Assembly (NCBI RefSeq): GCF_006345805.1
Contig: NC_043010.1
Location: forward strand, 52,142,001 to 52,206,000
Source: Octopus sinensis
Taxonomy: Eukaryota
Reading direction: 5' to 3'
DNA length: 64,000 bases
The notes beneath the pieces are model-generated. The model saw only the letters and a list, made by a program, of their open reading frames with translations, made no database searches and was not told the DNA's origin. Both the position numbers and the translations under genes were made by a program. Positions 26,290-39,070 of this stretch are shown here, one piece after another. Positions within the stretch are counted from its first letter, which is position 1, and each line of letters starts with the position of its first letter.

Positions 26290-27100
26290 CTCTCTGTTAG
26301 GTTGTACTGATTGGATCCATTTGTATAAACTTGATTTCTTGAGCATTCTCTGTTTGATGTCCTAGTCAATCTTCTTGTCTTCCAAAGACCATAAATGGCT
26401 TGCCATTCTTGTGGTTGGTTATCTGCTTTTCTGCATCTTTGAAAGATGATATTTGGTTGTAAAATCTTGACTTCAGTCAGCCCTCAACCATACTTATATA
26501 ATGTTTTTCTTTCCACAGTTTGATATAGCATGGCTGATGTATTGATGTATGTAACCTCTGCTTCATTTTCACTTGTCTTGATATTGTATGCTGAGTCCAA
26601 GGAGCATTCATCTTTGTACAAGAACATCCATTTTGTGTGGGCTTAGATCAGTGGTTTTCAACCAGGGTTCTATCAGTACAGTTTAGGGGTTCCACAAGAA
26701 GTTACAAAACTGCTAAAGTCGGCAGTAATTTTTAAGTCTCCTGTGCAGATATTTGTGCATAAGACTATTAAATTATTGCACAGGGGTTCCTCGAGCCAGT
26801 GGAATGTTTCCTTGGGGTTCCGCTCCAGCAAAAAGTTTGAAAAGCACTGGCTTAGATGTTATAAATTTGATATTGAGAAGGCAGGAATAACTGATTTTCA
26901 TGTTACAGTGGTCGATCTTTCTATGATAGCATAGTTCTAGGAAATGTTTATATAGAAGTGCTAAAAGTATTCTACTTACATTAGCTTTAACATTTGAGAA
27001 AGGAGGTGCAAACCAGATAATTTTGTCAGGCCTATTCCCGGATCTTTTGTTTTGGGTGGATAGGTTGGGGAATATGGAATATTTGATAGTTGAAATCAAA
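26290..27100 (-). mobile_element. Decayed Penelope-like element (RT C-terminal linker and GIY-YIG endonuclease)
   Basis: KIIWFAPPFSNVKANVSRILLALLYKHF...NMKISYSCLLN (ORF 26773..27099), then GLTE...RFYNQISSFKDAEKQ and ASHLWSLEDKKID*DIK. These match the PLE motifs IIWFNPPYS and YIGxTE...F...HxSSF...LSKYIWxLK. Confidence 0.8.
26649..26849. mobile_element. hAT (Charlie-like) MITE nested in the Penelope element
   Basis: TIRs CAGTGGTTTTCAA and TTGAAAAGCACTG; perfect 8-bp TSD GCTTAGAT at 26641-26648 and 26850-26857. Confidence 0.9.
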
Positions 27101-29100
27101 ATTTAGTTGTGACATGTTATAGCAGAAGCTACCATGACAAAATCTTTTAGAAAAGTTTAAAGATTGAAGACACTATGGCTAACATTGGAGAAACAGCTGA
27201 AATAACTCATTTGCATATGAACTAAAGATCTAAAAGTTTTTGATTTAGTCTACGGTTTTAGCATGTATAGGTGCTATTTTATTCTTGAAATTATTAATTG
27301 GACGGGTAGGTAATAGAAGGGAAAGCCCCCTCTCTCTCCCCCTCCCCCTCTCTATCACACACATACATTGATGCGATCAGCATAAGATTATGTTTAAAGA
27401 TATTTCTCATTAAAAAAACCCCAACTATTTTAGTTAAATTACTGGCTTGATAAGAGTTTTAACATCATTATATTCTTCCACAGAATACTTTAACCAACTA
27501 CTGTGCCATAAGCTGATTAACAAACACCTGGTCTTTGTAATAAAATATTTTTGTGGACAGTTGCAGTATTATGTTAAAATAGGAGAAAAAAAATACCTTC
27601 CCAGTTACGAACTCCGAACTTTTCCCCTTTTCTGTCCACAAAGATGATGTTGGCATCTGTATGTGTTATTCTGATGGCTGGAATCTATGCATACATTCTA
27701 TAGTATTGAAATATATAAAGCTTTTAGTAAATGTCGCAATAACATACAAAATATGTTTTGCCTTATTTAATCTGTCAGAAAAGCGGTTATCTTAAGCGGA
27801 CAGATGATACACCGCTCTCGCATTCTCCCTCTTTTAACCTTAATATTTTACTTTGTGTCCCCTTTGTTTTTCTTTCATTCTATTTCCCTTTTTCTCTTTT
27901 AAATTCGTCTTTTTCTGTTACTCCGTTCCTTCTCTTTTGCTATGTCCCCGCCATCTCTCTATAATTTTCTGTTTTGTATTTTATATTATTTTTTACTTAT
28001 CTTTTTTCGTTTTTTTTTTTTTCTGGCTTAATGTACTTTATCCTTTCTTCCTCACACACTCTGCTATGTCCTAATGCAATTTACTTTTATCTATCTATAT
28101 TCCTTCTTTTGCAATTCTCTATGTCTTTTCATTTTGTCATTCTATTCTCCATCCTCACTCATTTTGCCTTTTTTTTCTTTCTTTCAACTTCTGTTTTTGG
28201 TGACGAAAATATACGAACTTTTATTTTTTTTTAGAAAACGACGATTGTTTATCTTTACGCTGAAAATTCCAGCTGTTAAATTTATTCAAAATTATAACTT
28301 TTCTCCAACTTTCAACCTTTTATTCTACCATCACATTTCCCCATTACTATATCGTGTCTATTTCATACTACATTTCTGTTTCATTTTCATTAATTATCTT
28401 CCGCTCTTCTACTAATCTTACTGTCTTTTCCCCTCTCTTTTACCGCCATACACCGTTTTATTGTTGTTTGTAACCAAATAAACTTTATAAACTTTATTGA
28501 TAACCACTCAGGCAAATTCTTTTAATATCTTTCCACGATTGTTTTAGGAACTGTATTATAATATAAATCTTTCGCATAAAGTGTTTGTTAATTTCACAAC
28601 TACATCGATGCATGCACCACATAATTCCCTCCAAAATGTTAATGTTTAAAATAATACTCGGCACAGTTTTGGAACGCGTTTTTTTTTCCTCCTCAGAGCA
28701 TTACAATATTGGTAAGAAGACAGTGTTTTGCTAACCACTATATTTATCTCGTCGAATAATCCATATTTTATGAAACACCACAGCTTAAAGCCTCTACGCA
28801 GTTTCGCCACTCTTTAGAAATAGTAGCCGAATCTTCCTCCCAGTTCATACTCTGTTGTCTTAAGGGACGGGTACATTGGATAAAGAAGTAATTTGTTACA
28901 CAAACCTACAGGATGGGCTAAATTGGAACGGCTTTGATCATACGTCTTTTCGATTTGAGCTTACTGGAAGGGGGGGGGGCTTAACTCCCCACCCTAATTA
29001 AACCAGCAAAGTAACGTGATTTAATGCACGCTTGAGACTTACGATGTTTAAAACTGTATATAATTATGTGCATCATTGTTGATATACAAATATAAAACAC

Positions 29101-29155
29101 TTACTAAGGCATTAAACACTTATTAAGGCATTAAACACTTATTAAGGCATTAAAA
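29101..29155. repeat. 19-bp tandem repeat x3 (ACTTATTAAGGCATTAAAC)
   Basis: Directly visible. Confidence 0.9.
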
Positions 29156-29578
29156 GATAATTGAACTAATCAATCGTTTGAAAATTTGGCGGAGATTAGG
29201 GGGAACAGGTCATAGGCGCGAGTAGAAAAAAAAAATTTATTTCAAATAAAAGAGAAAGTAAATAATTATTATTTTACTCTTTCAAAATACACCAACAAAT
29301 ATGTTGTTGCTGAAGTAAAATAAAAACAACCGGAAAGACGGTTCCCGAATGTTTCCATCTGTCAGGAAAATAAAAATTCTATAAAAATAAAAAAGCTGGC
29401 TTTTTAATTTTATTTGTCGATGTCAAGAACTACGGAAGCCTGAACATGCCAAAATTGGTTTGGCTTACTTTCGCTACAGCTGGCGTTTCGATTTTCATAG
29501 AAAGTTTATCAGTGGAATAGAAACGAAATAAACTTTGTTATATTTATAGTTGGACATCACTCTATGACATTCTAAATG

Positions 29579-29637
<59 letters not shown>

Positions 29638-30189
29638 ATGAAATGATCAAAATTCAAAGTTTGTAGGTTATTTTATTGAAGGAACAAACATTTGCTTTTA
29701 TGTCAGACTGCTATCTCCTAATTCATTGACGATTGATGAATTTACTTGTTTCAAACTTTTATATATATTTATAAACGTATGTGGAATGTTTTTTTTTTTC
29801 GCATGTAGTGTTGCGTATCTCGAAAAACAAAAAACAAAACATTTTTACAAATATCAGCGGCGCAAATAAAGAGAAATAACTCATGTTAGAAAAGTTAAAG
29901 AGGGGTTTCCTGGAAGTCGTCGTTTTATTTTGGAGAAAAAGCAGCTAAATCTCCCTCGAATTATATAAGATATCTTTTTTTAAAAAAAAATGGAAGGGCA
30001 CAGTTAGAGAATGTAGTCCATTGTTTGAAAAAAAAAGAAAAAAAAAAGACTGGATGTTCGCCGTTGTCATACTTGGTTCATTAAATGTCTGTTCGATATT
30101 GACAGACATGGAGCTAAACAATAACCAAGAAATAAATGTTACAAATATCTCTATATCATTGTATTTATGTTTATTTATTGAAGTCCTCA

Positions 30190-30560
30190 TTAACCGTCAT
30201 TCTGCGTTTTTCTCTATCTGTCTCATTCTCACTCTGGGTCTCTTTCTCTGTCTGTCTCTCCCTCCGTCTATCTCCACCTCCCTCTTTCTTTCTTTCTTTT
30301 TCTATCTGTCTCTCTCTCCGTCTATCTCCACCTTCGTCTTTCTTTCTTTATCTGTCTCTCTTTCCGTCTATCTCCACCTCCATCTTTCTTTCTCTCTCCG
30401 TCTATCTTAACATCCGTCTTTCTTTCTCTATCTGTCTCTCTCTCCGTCTATCTCCACCTCCCTCTTTCTTTCTCTATCTGTCTCTCTCTCCGTCTATCTC
30501 CACCTCCCTCTTTCTTTCTCTATCTGTCTCTCCCTCTCTCCGTCTATCTCAACCTCCCTC
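30190..30560. repeat. Pyrimidine-rich 46-50-bp tandem repeat, about 7 units
   Basis: The core CCGTCTATCTCCACCTCC recurs with a 46-50-nt period. Confidence 0.85.
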
Positions 30561-31299
30561 TTTCTGTCTTATACTCAGTCCTTTTCGTCACATTTATTCT
30601 TTAGTCCTCTCTCTCTCTCATCTCGGCCTCACTTTTACTTTTACTCTCACTCGTGGTTGGTGAAAATTTCACGGGGAAATCTCATTGGTTAATAATACAT
30701 GAATTCATGCTCAATGCAATTAATATTGATCTAGCATATGCGTAAAACCGGGGGTAGGCTATAGTCGTGTAATCGACCTTAGTACTTGACTAGTTTCTTT
30801 ATTTTATTGGCCTAGAAGCATCGTGAATGACAAAGTCAAACCCGACCGAATTTGGATGCAAAATTAGTTTGTCTTAAAGAACAGGCACAATAGGTTCCCA
30901 GGGCCCCTAGTAAAATATTGTAGAGCACTTTCTCGTCACTATACCGTTTCTGCTAATCCGCTGCCCTGTGGAGAATTAAAGCTTGAGATAGTTTTTGATG
31001 GTTTTAAAAATGTTTGTTTTAAAAAATCTTGCTTCATTTGTGAAATGTACTGAAGTTATCGTTTTTGTTTATCTAATTCTTCTTAGTTTTTCTTATGCAT
31101 TATGCATTGTAATAATGGGTTTTCTTTTGTGCAGTGAATTACATTATGCGTAGGACATCTGCAAATATTGTGTGTACTTATATATAAAAGAAGGTTTGGA
31201 GATGATGTACAGGTATTTTATATTAGAAGAAATGAGGTCCTCAGAAATTCGGATGGTTTTATATTTACAGATATATATTGGTATATTACATGTTTTTAT

Positions 31300-31530
31300 A
31301 CTCTCTTTTACTTGTTTCAGTCATTTGACTGCGGCCATGCTGGAGCACCGCCTTTAGTCGAGCAAATCGACCCCGGGACTTATTCTTTGTAAGCCCAGTA
31401 CTTATTTTATCGGTCTCTTTTGCCGAACCGCTAAGTGACGGGGACGGAAACACACCAGCATCGGTTGTCAAGCAATGCTAGGGGGACAAACACAGACACA
31501 CAAACATATACACACACACTTATATATATA
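31300..31530 (-). mobile_element. SINE family A, 3' half
   Basis: Reverse complement of the family A tail. Confidence 0.85.
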
Positions 31531-32480
31531 TATGTACATACATATATACGACATTCATATAACTTATATCATATTAGCGCTTTCGTCCATTCTTGTGAAT
31601 TTTTCAAATTGCGTCCATTCTGGTGGATTTTTCAAATTGAACCAAGTTCCTGTGGAAAAATTTTGACCATTTTATAGTGTTATTGAGTGTGTAGTGGTGG
31701 GGAGGGATATAAGATAGTACAAGAGGGTGATGAATGGGGGGAGAGAGAGAGAGAGAGAGAGAGCGTGTGTGTGTGTGTGTGTGTTTTTGTATCTGAAATT
31801 AGTGTTATATATATAATCTGTTATCTTTGCGTGCGCGCATTTGCACACTTTCTTTCTCTCTCTTACACCCCCACTCACTAATTATACGTTTTCCTCTTGT
31901 TCTCTTTCTCCCCCCTCCACCACACTTTCTATTTGCGAAGAAATAAACTTGTTGAAGTCAATGTTATAAATTTTGAAGAACTTCGTCTCTCGGAAATTTA
32001 TTAACGAACAAAAAAGCCTTTTCTTTTTGGTTTTTTTTTCCAAGATGTGTTTTTTAAATTCACAAAAAAAAAAAAAAATCAGCGAAATTTTAAAAGGTAT
32101 TTTGTTCTAGGTTTCAGTAAATAGTAGGTTTTGTCGTGATGTTCTTGTGTGTGTGTGTGTGTGTGTGTTTAAAGTGTGTACAGTATTAGACGACATTTTA
32201 AAGAGTATCGATTTCCCATATTGGGCTCACATTTATTAAAGGAAAAGAAAAAAAAAATTGGATTCTATGACGTTCTGATATTCCTGGAATTTTTCAGCAG
32301 GTGGGTTTTTGCGATGTAAATGAAATGCATTCGATTTCAGTGAGTGTATTTTTACCGTTTTTTTTTATCACCGCAATTTACCTTAACTATAGTAAGCTTT
32401 CCCCGTCTGTCGAGTGAAGTGAATTCTGCTAAGTACGGAAACAGAAACAATTTAAATTGTAAAGAGGATAATCAAATTGG

Positions 32481-32899
32481 GGCAATCTTTCGTCTCTAGT
32501 AGACCTTTCCGTCGATTTCCGTAAAAAAATTTTTTTTTTTTACATATGGGCTTGCGGGAACTTTTGAAGTAATGAGAGCGAAAGAGACTAAGAAAAAGCG
32601 ATTGTATGACGAGGGAAGTTCTTTTGAAGTTACCGTGCATGGGAAGCATTGATGTACATGTGTGTGTGTTTGATGGGGTGTGGGAGACAGACAGTATGTT
32701 GTGTAAGTGAAGTGCTTCTGTTAGTGTGTGTGAAGAGACAGTAATGTGTGAAAAAAAGAGATAACTGAAATTTTTTACTCGGTGTATGTGTATAATGTAT
32801 GTATATATTACTTCAAAAGTTCCTGCAAGCCCATATGTAAAAAAAAAAAAAAAATTTACGGAAATCGACGGAAAGGTCTACTAGAGACGAAAGATCGCC
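32481..32899. mobile_element. MITE with ~90-bp TIRs and 8-bp TSD (Merlin-like), copy 1
   Basis: TIRs GGCAATCTTTCGTCTCTAGTAGACC... and ...GGTCTACTAGAGACGAAAGATCGCC; TSD CAAATTGG at 32473-32480 and 32900-32907. Confidence 0.92.
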
Positions 32900-33206
32900 C
32901 AAATTGGTCTCTGAAGTATTATTGATTTATACTCGTAGTCTTCAGAAAAATAAAAAAAAAAAAAAAAAAAAAAAAACGAGGTTTACAGTGAGATTTACAA
33001 GTTCGACTATTGACTATGCCGTCTTTTCTAAATCTTGGTTTTATGTATATTATAGAGCAAATTTTAGAATGAAAAAAGAAAAAAAAAAAATTGTGACGCG
33101 TCTTTAATCGGAGATAGGAAATCGTAGTCAGATGTTGATCTTATTCGATCACTGCTCAGTCTATACCGTTGCCAATGAAATGGAATATAATATAATATAA
33201 TATATA

Positions 33207-33590
33207 GGCGCAGGAGTGGCTGTGTGGTAAGTAGCTTGTTTACCAACCACATGGTTCCGGGTTCTGTCCCACTTGGGCAAGTGTCTTCTACTATAGCCTC
33301 GGGCCGACCAAAGCCTTGTGAGTGGATTTGGTAGACGGAAACTGAAAGAAGCCCGTCGTATATATGTATATATATGTGTGTTTGTGTGTCTGTGTTTGTC
33401 CCCCTAGCATTGCTTGACAACCGATGCTGATGTGTTTATGTCCCCGTTACTTAGCGGTTCGGCAAAAAGAGACCGATAGAATAAGTACTGGGCTTACAAA
33501 AAAATAAGTCCCGGCGTCGAGTTGCTCGATTGAAGGCGGTGCTCCAGCATGGCCGCAGTCAAATGACTGAAACAAGTAAAAGAGTAAAAA
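33207..33590 (+). mobile_element. tRNA-derived SINE family A (CORE-like central block), full-length young copy
   Basis: Head GGCGCAGGAGTGGCTGTGTGGTAAG with B-box-like GGTTC, central TTGGGCAAGTGTCTTCT, a TA/TG microsatellite, and tail GACTGAAACAAGTAAAAGAGTA. Repeated many times in the window. Confidence 0.9.
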
Positions 33591-33708
33591 AAAAAGAGTA
33601 TAATATTTCAGTACATTCGAACAAAATAAAAATAAGGAATATAACAACGAATACTCCTTCCCAGAGTATAAAAACGAACACATTGAAATTATTAGAAAAG
33701 GATAGAAC

Positions 33709-33788
33709 CCTTGTCCGGAATGTTAGAATTGGCATTTCAGAACACACTAGTGTGTTCTGAAATGCTAATTCTAACATTCCGGACAGGG
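33709..33788. repeat. 80-bp loopless near-perfect palindrome
   Basis: Symmetric about T33748|A33749, with only two mismatches (33711/33786 and 33731/33766). Confidence 0.95.
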
Positions 33789-33993
33789 CTCTTTGGTGAA
33801 TGAGAAGGCGTGTGGTAATCTGCTCTAAATATTATCTAATAGCACTGCTTGTTTCCCAAAGTTAGAAATCACTTCATGACAAGCTAACATTTTTTGCCAC
33901 ATTATAAAAAGAAAGAAATCTTTATAAAACTGATTTTGACAACTCAAAGCTCACACTGCTTACAACTCGTCAAACTATATTGTTTGACCGGTT

Positions 33994-34410
33994 GGCAATC
34001 TTTCGTCTCTAGTAGACCTTTCCGTCGATTTCCGTAAAAAATTTTTTTTTTTTTTTACATATGGGCTTGCGGGAACTTTTCAAGTAATGAGAGCGAAAGA
34101 GACTAAGAGAAAGCGATTGTATGACGAGGGAAGTTCTTTTGAAGTTACCGTGCATGGCAAGCATTGATGTACATGTGTGTTTGATGGGGTGTGGGAGACA
34201 GACAGTATGTTGTGTAAGTGAAGTGCTTCTGTTAGTATGTGTGAAGAGACAGAGTAATGTGTGAAAAAAAGAGATAACTGAAATTTTTTACTCGGTGTAT
34301 GTGTATATGTATGTATATTACTTCAAAAGTTCCCGCAAGCCCCATATGTAAAAAAAAAAAAAAATTTTACGGAAATCGACGGAAAGGTCTACTAGAGACG
34401 AAAGATCGCC
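33994..34410. mobile_element. MITE with ~90-bp TIRs and 8-bp TSD (Merlin-like), copy 2
   Basis: Near-identical to 32481-32899 and in the same orientation; TSD GACCGGTT at 33986-33993 and 34411-34418. Confidence 0.92.
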
Positions 34411-34652
34411 GACCGGTTTTTTTTTTTACTTTACTAAAATATCAGGAATTGAATCAACTTTGGTGCATGCTTTGTTGAAACTCGTAGACAGCCAACCCCG
34501 GCAGGATTTGAACCGGTAACATTGAGACGCAATTAAAATGTATATCTATACAAGTGTTCCTCATAACTTTCAGAAAATTTGGTATCTTTTTTAAATGAAA
34601 ATTTCTACAAACATTTTTTCAGGTCGTGCAGATTTCGATTATATCTAAATTT

Positions 34653-34713
34653 GGCGTAACTTCGGTATAGGTACCGGAAGTACCGGATGCATTTCAAGAA
34701 AGTGTTTTTTTAT

Positions 34714-34747
<34 letters not shown>

Positions 34748-34837
34748 CGGGGGGGGGGGGGGTTAGGGGTAAGAGAAAAGGGTTTCTGTTATCTTCAGAA
34801 ACAAAGCCACTTCCGGTACCTATACCGAAGGATCGCC
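34653..34837. mobile_element. Small GG-ended MITE with 8-bp TSD (Merlin-like)
   Basis: TIRs GGCGTAACTTCGGTATAGGTACCGGAAGT and ACTTCCGGTACCTATACCGAAGGATCGCC; TSD CTAAATTT at 34645-34652 and 34838-34845. Confidence 0.88.
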
Positions 34838-37800
34838 CTAAATTTAATGCGGGGGAGGAAAATCCGGAAAATCTAGTGGTCGCGCACACATACATACTTA
34901 AAGAAAAAAAAAAAAATTGATGTGTGTGCGCGCCCTACCATCTTTGTGGGATTCTCCCCCTCCATATAATCGGAATCTATACCATCTGAATGGTATTTGT
35001 AGAAAATTTCATTAAAACAACAACAACAAAAAACACGATTTTCTGAAAGTCATGCGAAAATAAATTCGGGTGGGGGCACACTTGTGTAAGTATGCCAATA
35101 CTTAGTTCCGTATAGCGTTTCTGTCGTTCATCAAAGCACGCAATAAAATTTTTTTGTCAGTTTTGTCCATCCATAGTTTTAATAGTGCGTGAAGCGAAGA
35201 AAAGCTGTGTTAGAGAATCGCCTGAGATTAGATTTCATTGTAAAAACAAAAAGACACGGAGCCCCGATGGATCTCTTCATCAGTAAGTAGCCCTCGATAG
35301 GTTCTCAACGTACGTTATTTTTTAAAAAACCTGCTTTCTTGTAAAGCAATGTTCTTTAGGAAAAAGAAAAAAGGAAGTTAATTTGAAGAAAACGCTGGAA
35401 TTTGTTTTAAAAAGGCGGTAGTTTCAAAAGTTGGGAAAAGCACGCGTGATTATTTCTTTTGTTTTCTGTTTTTGTTTTCTCGAGAAAGATGGAAAGAGCT
35501 GTGAATGCCTGTATATATTTTTTAAATCTTGTTTCAGTCATTGGACAGCGGTCTTGCCGGGGGCAGCGCATTGTAAAAGTTTAATCGAACAAATCAATCG
35601 ATCCCAGTAATTTTTCTTAAAACATCCGGGTTACTTATTCTTTTGTTCTTTTGCCGAACTGCAAAGTTACTCGGACGAAAACAAAGCAACACCAGTTTGT
35701 AAAGCAGTGACCGGGGCAGGGGGGGGGGAGAGAAACACACGGGGGCTTCTAGTTTCCGTCTAGCAAATCCATAGACAAAGCATTAGTCAGTCGGCCCGGG
35801 ACTCTTGCACAAGGTGCCGCCACGCAGTGGAAGTGAACCCGGAACCATGTGATTGGGACGCAGATTTCTTACCACACAACTAACGTTGATCTCTTTTGTT
35901 TTGTCAAATCGATCCGGCCCGCATCTGTTTCGTTACCAGGTAGGGATTGCAGAGATTGAACTGTGAGGGCGGAAGGATCTTGTTAATTGAATGGCTGTTC
36001 ACTGTGTATTATTTAGAATAGAAATTAGTCCTGATTATTGGATGATGGTGATGGAAGTGTACCGTTGGGGTTACAAACGGAACACACACAGACTGATAAA
36101 ATGCAGGTTTTTTCCCTACCGCTGCTGCTACTATCACTACAAATACTAACAATAACGTTGCGAACATTATTATTATTATTTAACGTTTAGGAACGCTACA
36201 CATTTCTTAATTTTATTTCTAATTTTTTTTATTAACTTTTGTGTTATGATAGTCCCTAACTATTGTTGCAGTGTTTTCGGGAAAGGCATCATCAACATCA
36301 CTGAATTTACTTTTTTTCTTCTTCTGAACATTTTTGAAACTTTAATACTTGTACAAAGAAAAGAAAGAAAAAAACAATCTGTGCTTTAAATGTATTGTAA
36401 ACAAATTTAGAGTTATCGTAAAAGGTGGTTAAGATTCATAGGTTAACCAAATCTGCAAGGCAGGTTCGATTCTTGGTTGAGATGCAGATAAGGCTGAACA
36501 GTTTTGGGAGTTCGCTTGGCAACTTCGTAGTCACGGGTTCGATCACGTTGTATGGTACCGCAGGCAATATGTTTTGGTAGACTGTTGATTGGTCCTCACC
36601 CATCCCTGTTAGTTTTTTTTTTTTTTCCCGTAAATGTCTAAAAATGAATTTTAACGAAATTTTTGTCGAGATTAGTTTTCGGCAGTGTATATTATGAAAT
36701 GTCGAGGTTTTACACAAATATCGAAGGAAAAAAGGTTAAAAAAAAATAATAATAAAATTACGGAAATTGATTATAAAAATCGAAGTGGGAAGATGAGAGT
36801 AGCATTAATTATCTTAGGTCGTTCAATTCTCCTCAATTGATCAATAGAGTAAACTTATCAGTAACAAATCTATAGTGGCTACTGAAAACATCTGTAAGCT
36901 AAATTTGTTCCAGTAAGGGAAAATATGTAATGACTATTATTTTAAACTTGTTTCTTATCCATCCATCCATCCATCTATCTATCTAAAATAAATCCGTTTC
37001 TTTCGGGATTTTCCCATATTTGATAGTTTTCCATTTTTGAAAACATTAAGAAAGAGAAAAAGCGTGGAAAAATTCAGATTTTTATTCCGAAAGTCCGCTG
37101 TCCGTCTATATATGTTTACCGGTGTGAAAAAAAACAAAAGCGTTGTCCAGAAGCCTAATTTGGTCTTTCGATAACAGATATCAAGGCAAATAATAGGGTC
37201 GATATGATGAATTAAAATCACTTGAATGTGTTGCCCTCTGTATTGACCGCAGTCCAATGATTGGAACCAGTGAAACAAATACTGTGCATAGAAGCAAAAC
37301 CTTCGACGTTCTCCCCGTAATCAACCTTTAAAAGTTGCAGTATTAGGGAAAATAATAGAGAAGATTCGCAGATAGTCTGTCGAGAGTTTAGTTTTTAAAT
37401 CTTGATTTTTTTTTTTTTTTTAATTAGTTGAGATGACTTCTCTGTCTCTTATTCCAGTCATTGAACTGCAGCTATGCACCACTGTGAATGACAAATCGAC
37501 CCTAGTACTTATTTTAAAGCCTGGTATCAATTCTGTCGGACTCTTTTTGTCGAGCCACTACGTTACGGAACCGCAAACAAACCAACATTAGTTATCAAGT
37601 AGTGGTGGGGACAAATGCATACGTAGATACCTACGTACGAACGACTCTATCTACCAAATTCACAATGCATTATTCGGTCTGAGACTTTATTAAAGGACAC
37701 TTGCGCAACCAAGGTGCCTCGTAGTGAGACTGAACCCGGAACTATGTGATTGAAATTCGAGCTTCTTAACCCCACAACCATCTAGGAATTCCAAATATAT

Positions 37801-38659
37801 TCCTAAATTCATAACTCGTATTGAAACAGTTTACACAATGTAATTTTGTGTTTTATATATATTTAATGCCAATGAGCCATTGCACTTCTGACAGTAAGAC
37901 ACAACAAGGAGCTTCATTCGTATCATACTGGTCGTTATTATATTACGTTCTTTTTCGGTTTTCTCGTCGGTATTTCAATTAAAAGGTGATAAAGATCGAT
38001 GGATACTCAAGAAAAATTTTTTTATATGTAGGCGTGGTTGTGTGCTTAAAGAAGCTTGCTTCCCAACTATGTGAGTCTTCGGTTCAGCCCTACTGCGTAA
38101 CCCCACGGGCAAGCATTTTCTGCTATAGCCCTGAGCCGACCAAAGCCTTGTGAGTTGGTTTGGAAGATAGAAATTGAAAGAAAGTAATATTTTCCTCCTT
38201 CACCGTTTGACAACCGGTGTCTGTTTATTAGTTTGTTTACGTCCCCGTAACATAACGGTTCGGAAACAAGTGACCGATTGAATACGTATCAGGCTTAAAA
38301 AATAAGTACTCAGGTCGATTTGTTTGACTAAAACCCTCCAAGGTTGCTGAAAGAAGTAAAAGATAAAAGATAATATGACGTTTTCCATCTCTCAAATTCC
38401 ACTGACGAGATAATTGGTCAACACGAGCTGACACTCGAAAGCGCTGCGCAGCCGGATCGAACCCAGAGTACATTGTTCCTGGTTCGATTCTACTGAAATG
38501 CATAACCATGCCTGCGTTTTACCGGAAACATGCCTGTGATTTCCCTCTGGTCCGACAATATATATTGCACTTAGTATACATGGTATCATGTATAACTTGA
38601 GAATCTGCGTTACACTATGTAACTCCAATACCATACGCGCACAATGTGTACTTTCTCTC

Positions 38660-38863
38660 TTTTCTCTCTTTTACTTGCATCAGTCATTTGACTGCGGCCA
38701 TGCTGGAGCACCGCCTTTAGTCGAGCAACTGAACCCCGGGACTTATTCTTTTGTAAGCCCAGTACTTATTCTATCGGTCTCTTTTGCCGAACCGCTAAGT
38801 GACGGGGACGTAAACACACCAGCATCGGTTGTCAAGCAATGCTAGGGGGACAGACACACACAC

Positions 38864-38896
<33 letters not shown>

Positions 38897-39070
38897 AACA
38901 TATATACGACAGGCTTCTTTCAGTTTCCGTCTACCAAATCCACTCACAAGGCATTGGTCGGCCCGGGGCTATAGCAGAAGACACTTGCCCAAGATGCCAC
39001 GCAGTTGGACTGAACCCGGAACCATGTGGTTGGTTAGCAAGCTACTTACCACACAGCCACTCCTGCGCCT
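38660..39070 (-). mobile_element. SINE family A, full length
   Basis: Reverse complement of the 33207 copy, ending CACTCCTGCGCC. Confidence 0.9.

Noticed and set aside
26519-26546. Strong + strand acceptor with a GTATGT donor
   Set aside because: It lies antisense within the Penelope relic and has stops in all frames, so it is probably a chance splice-like signal.
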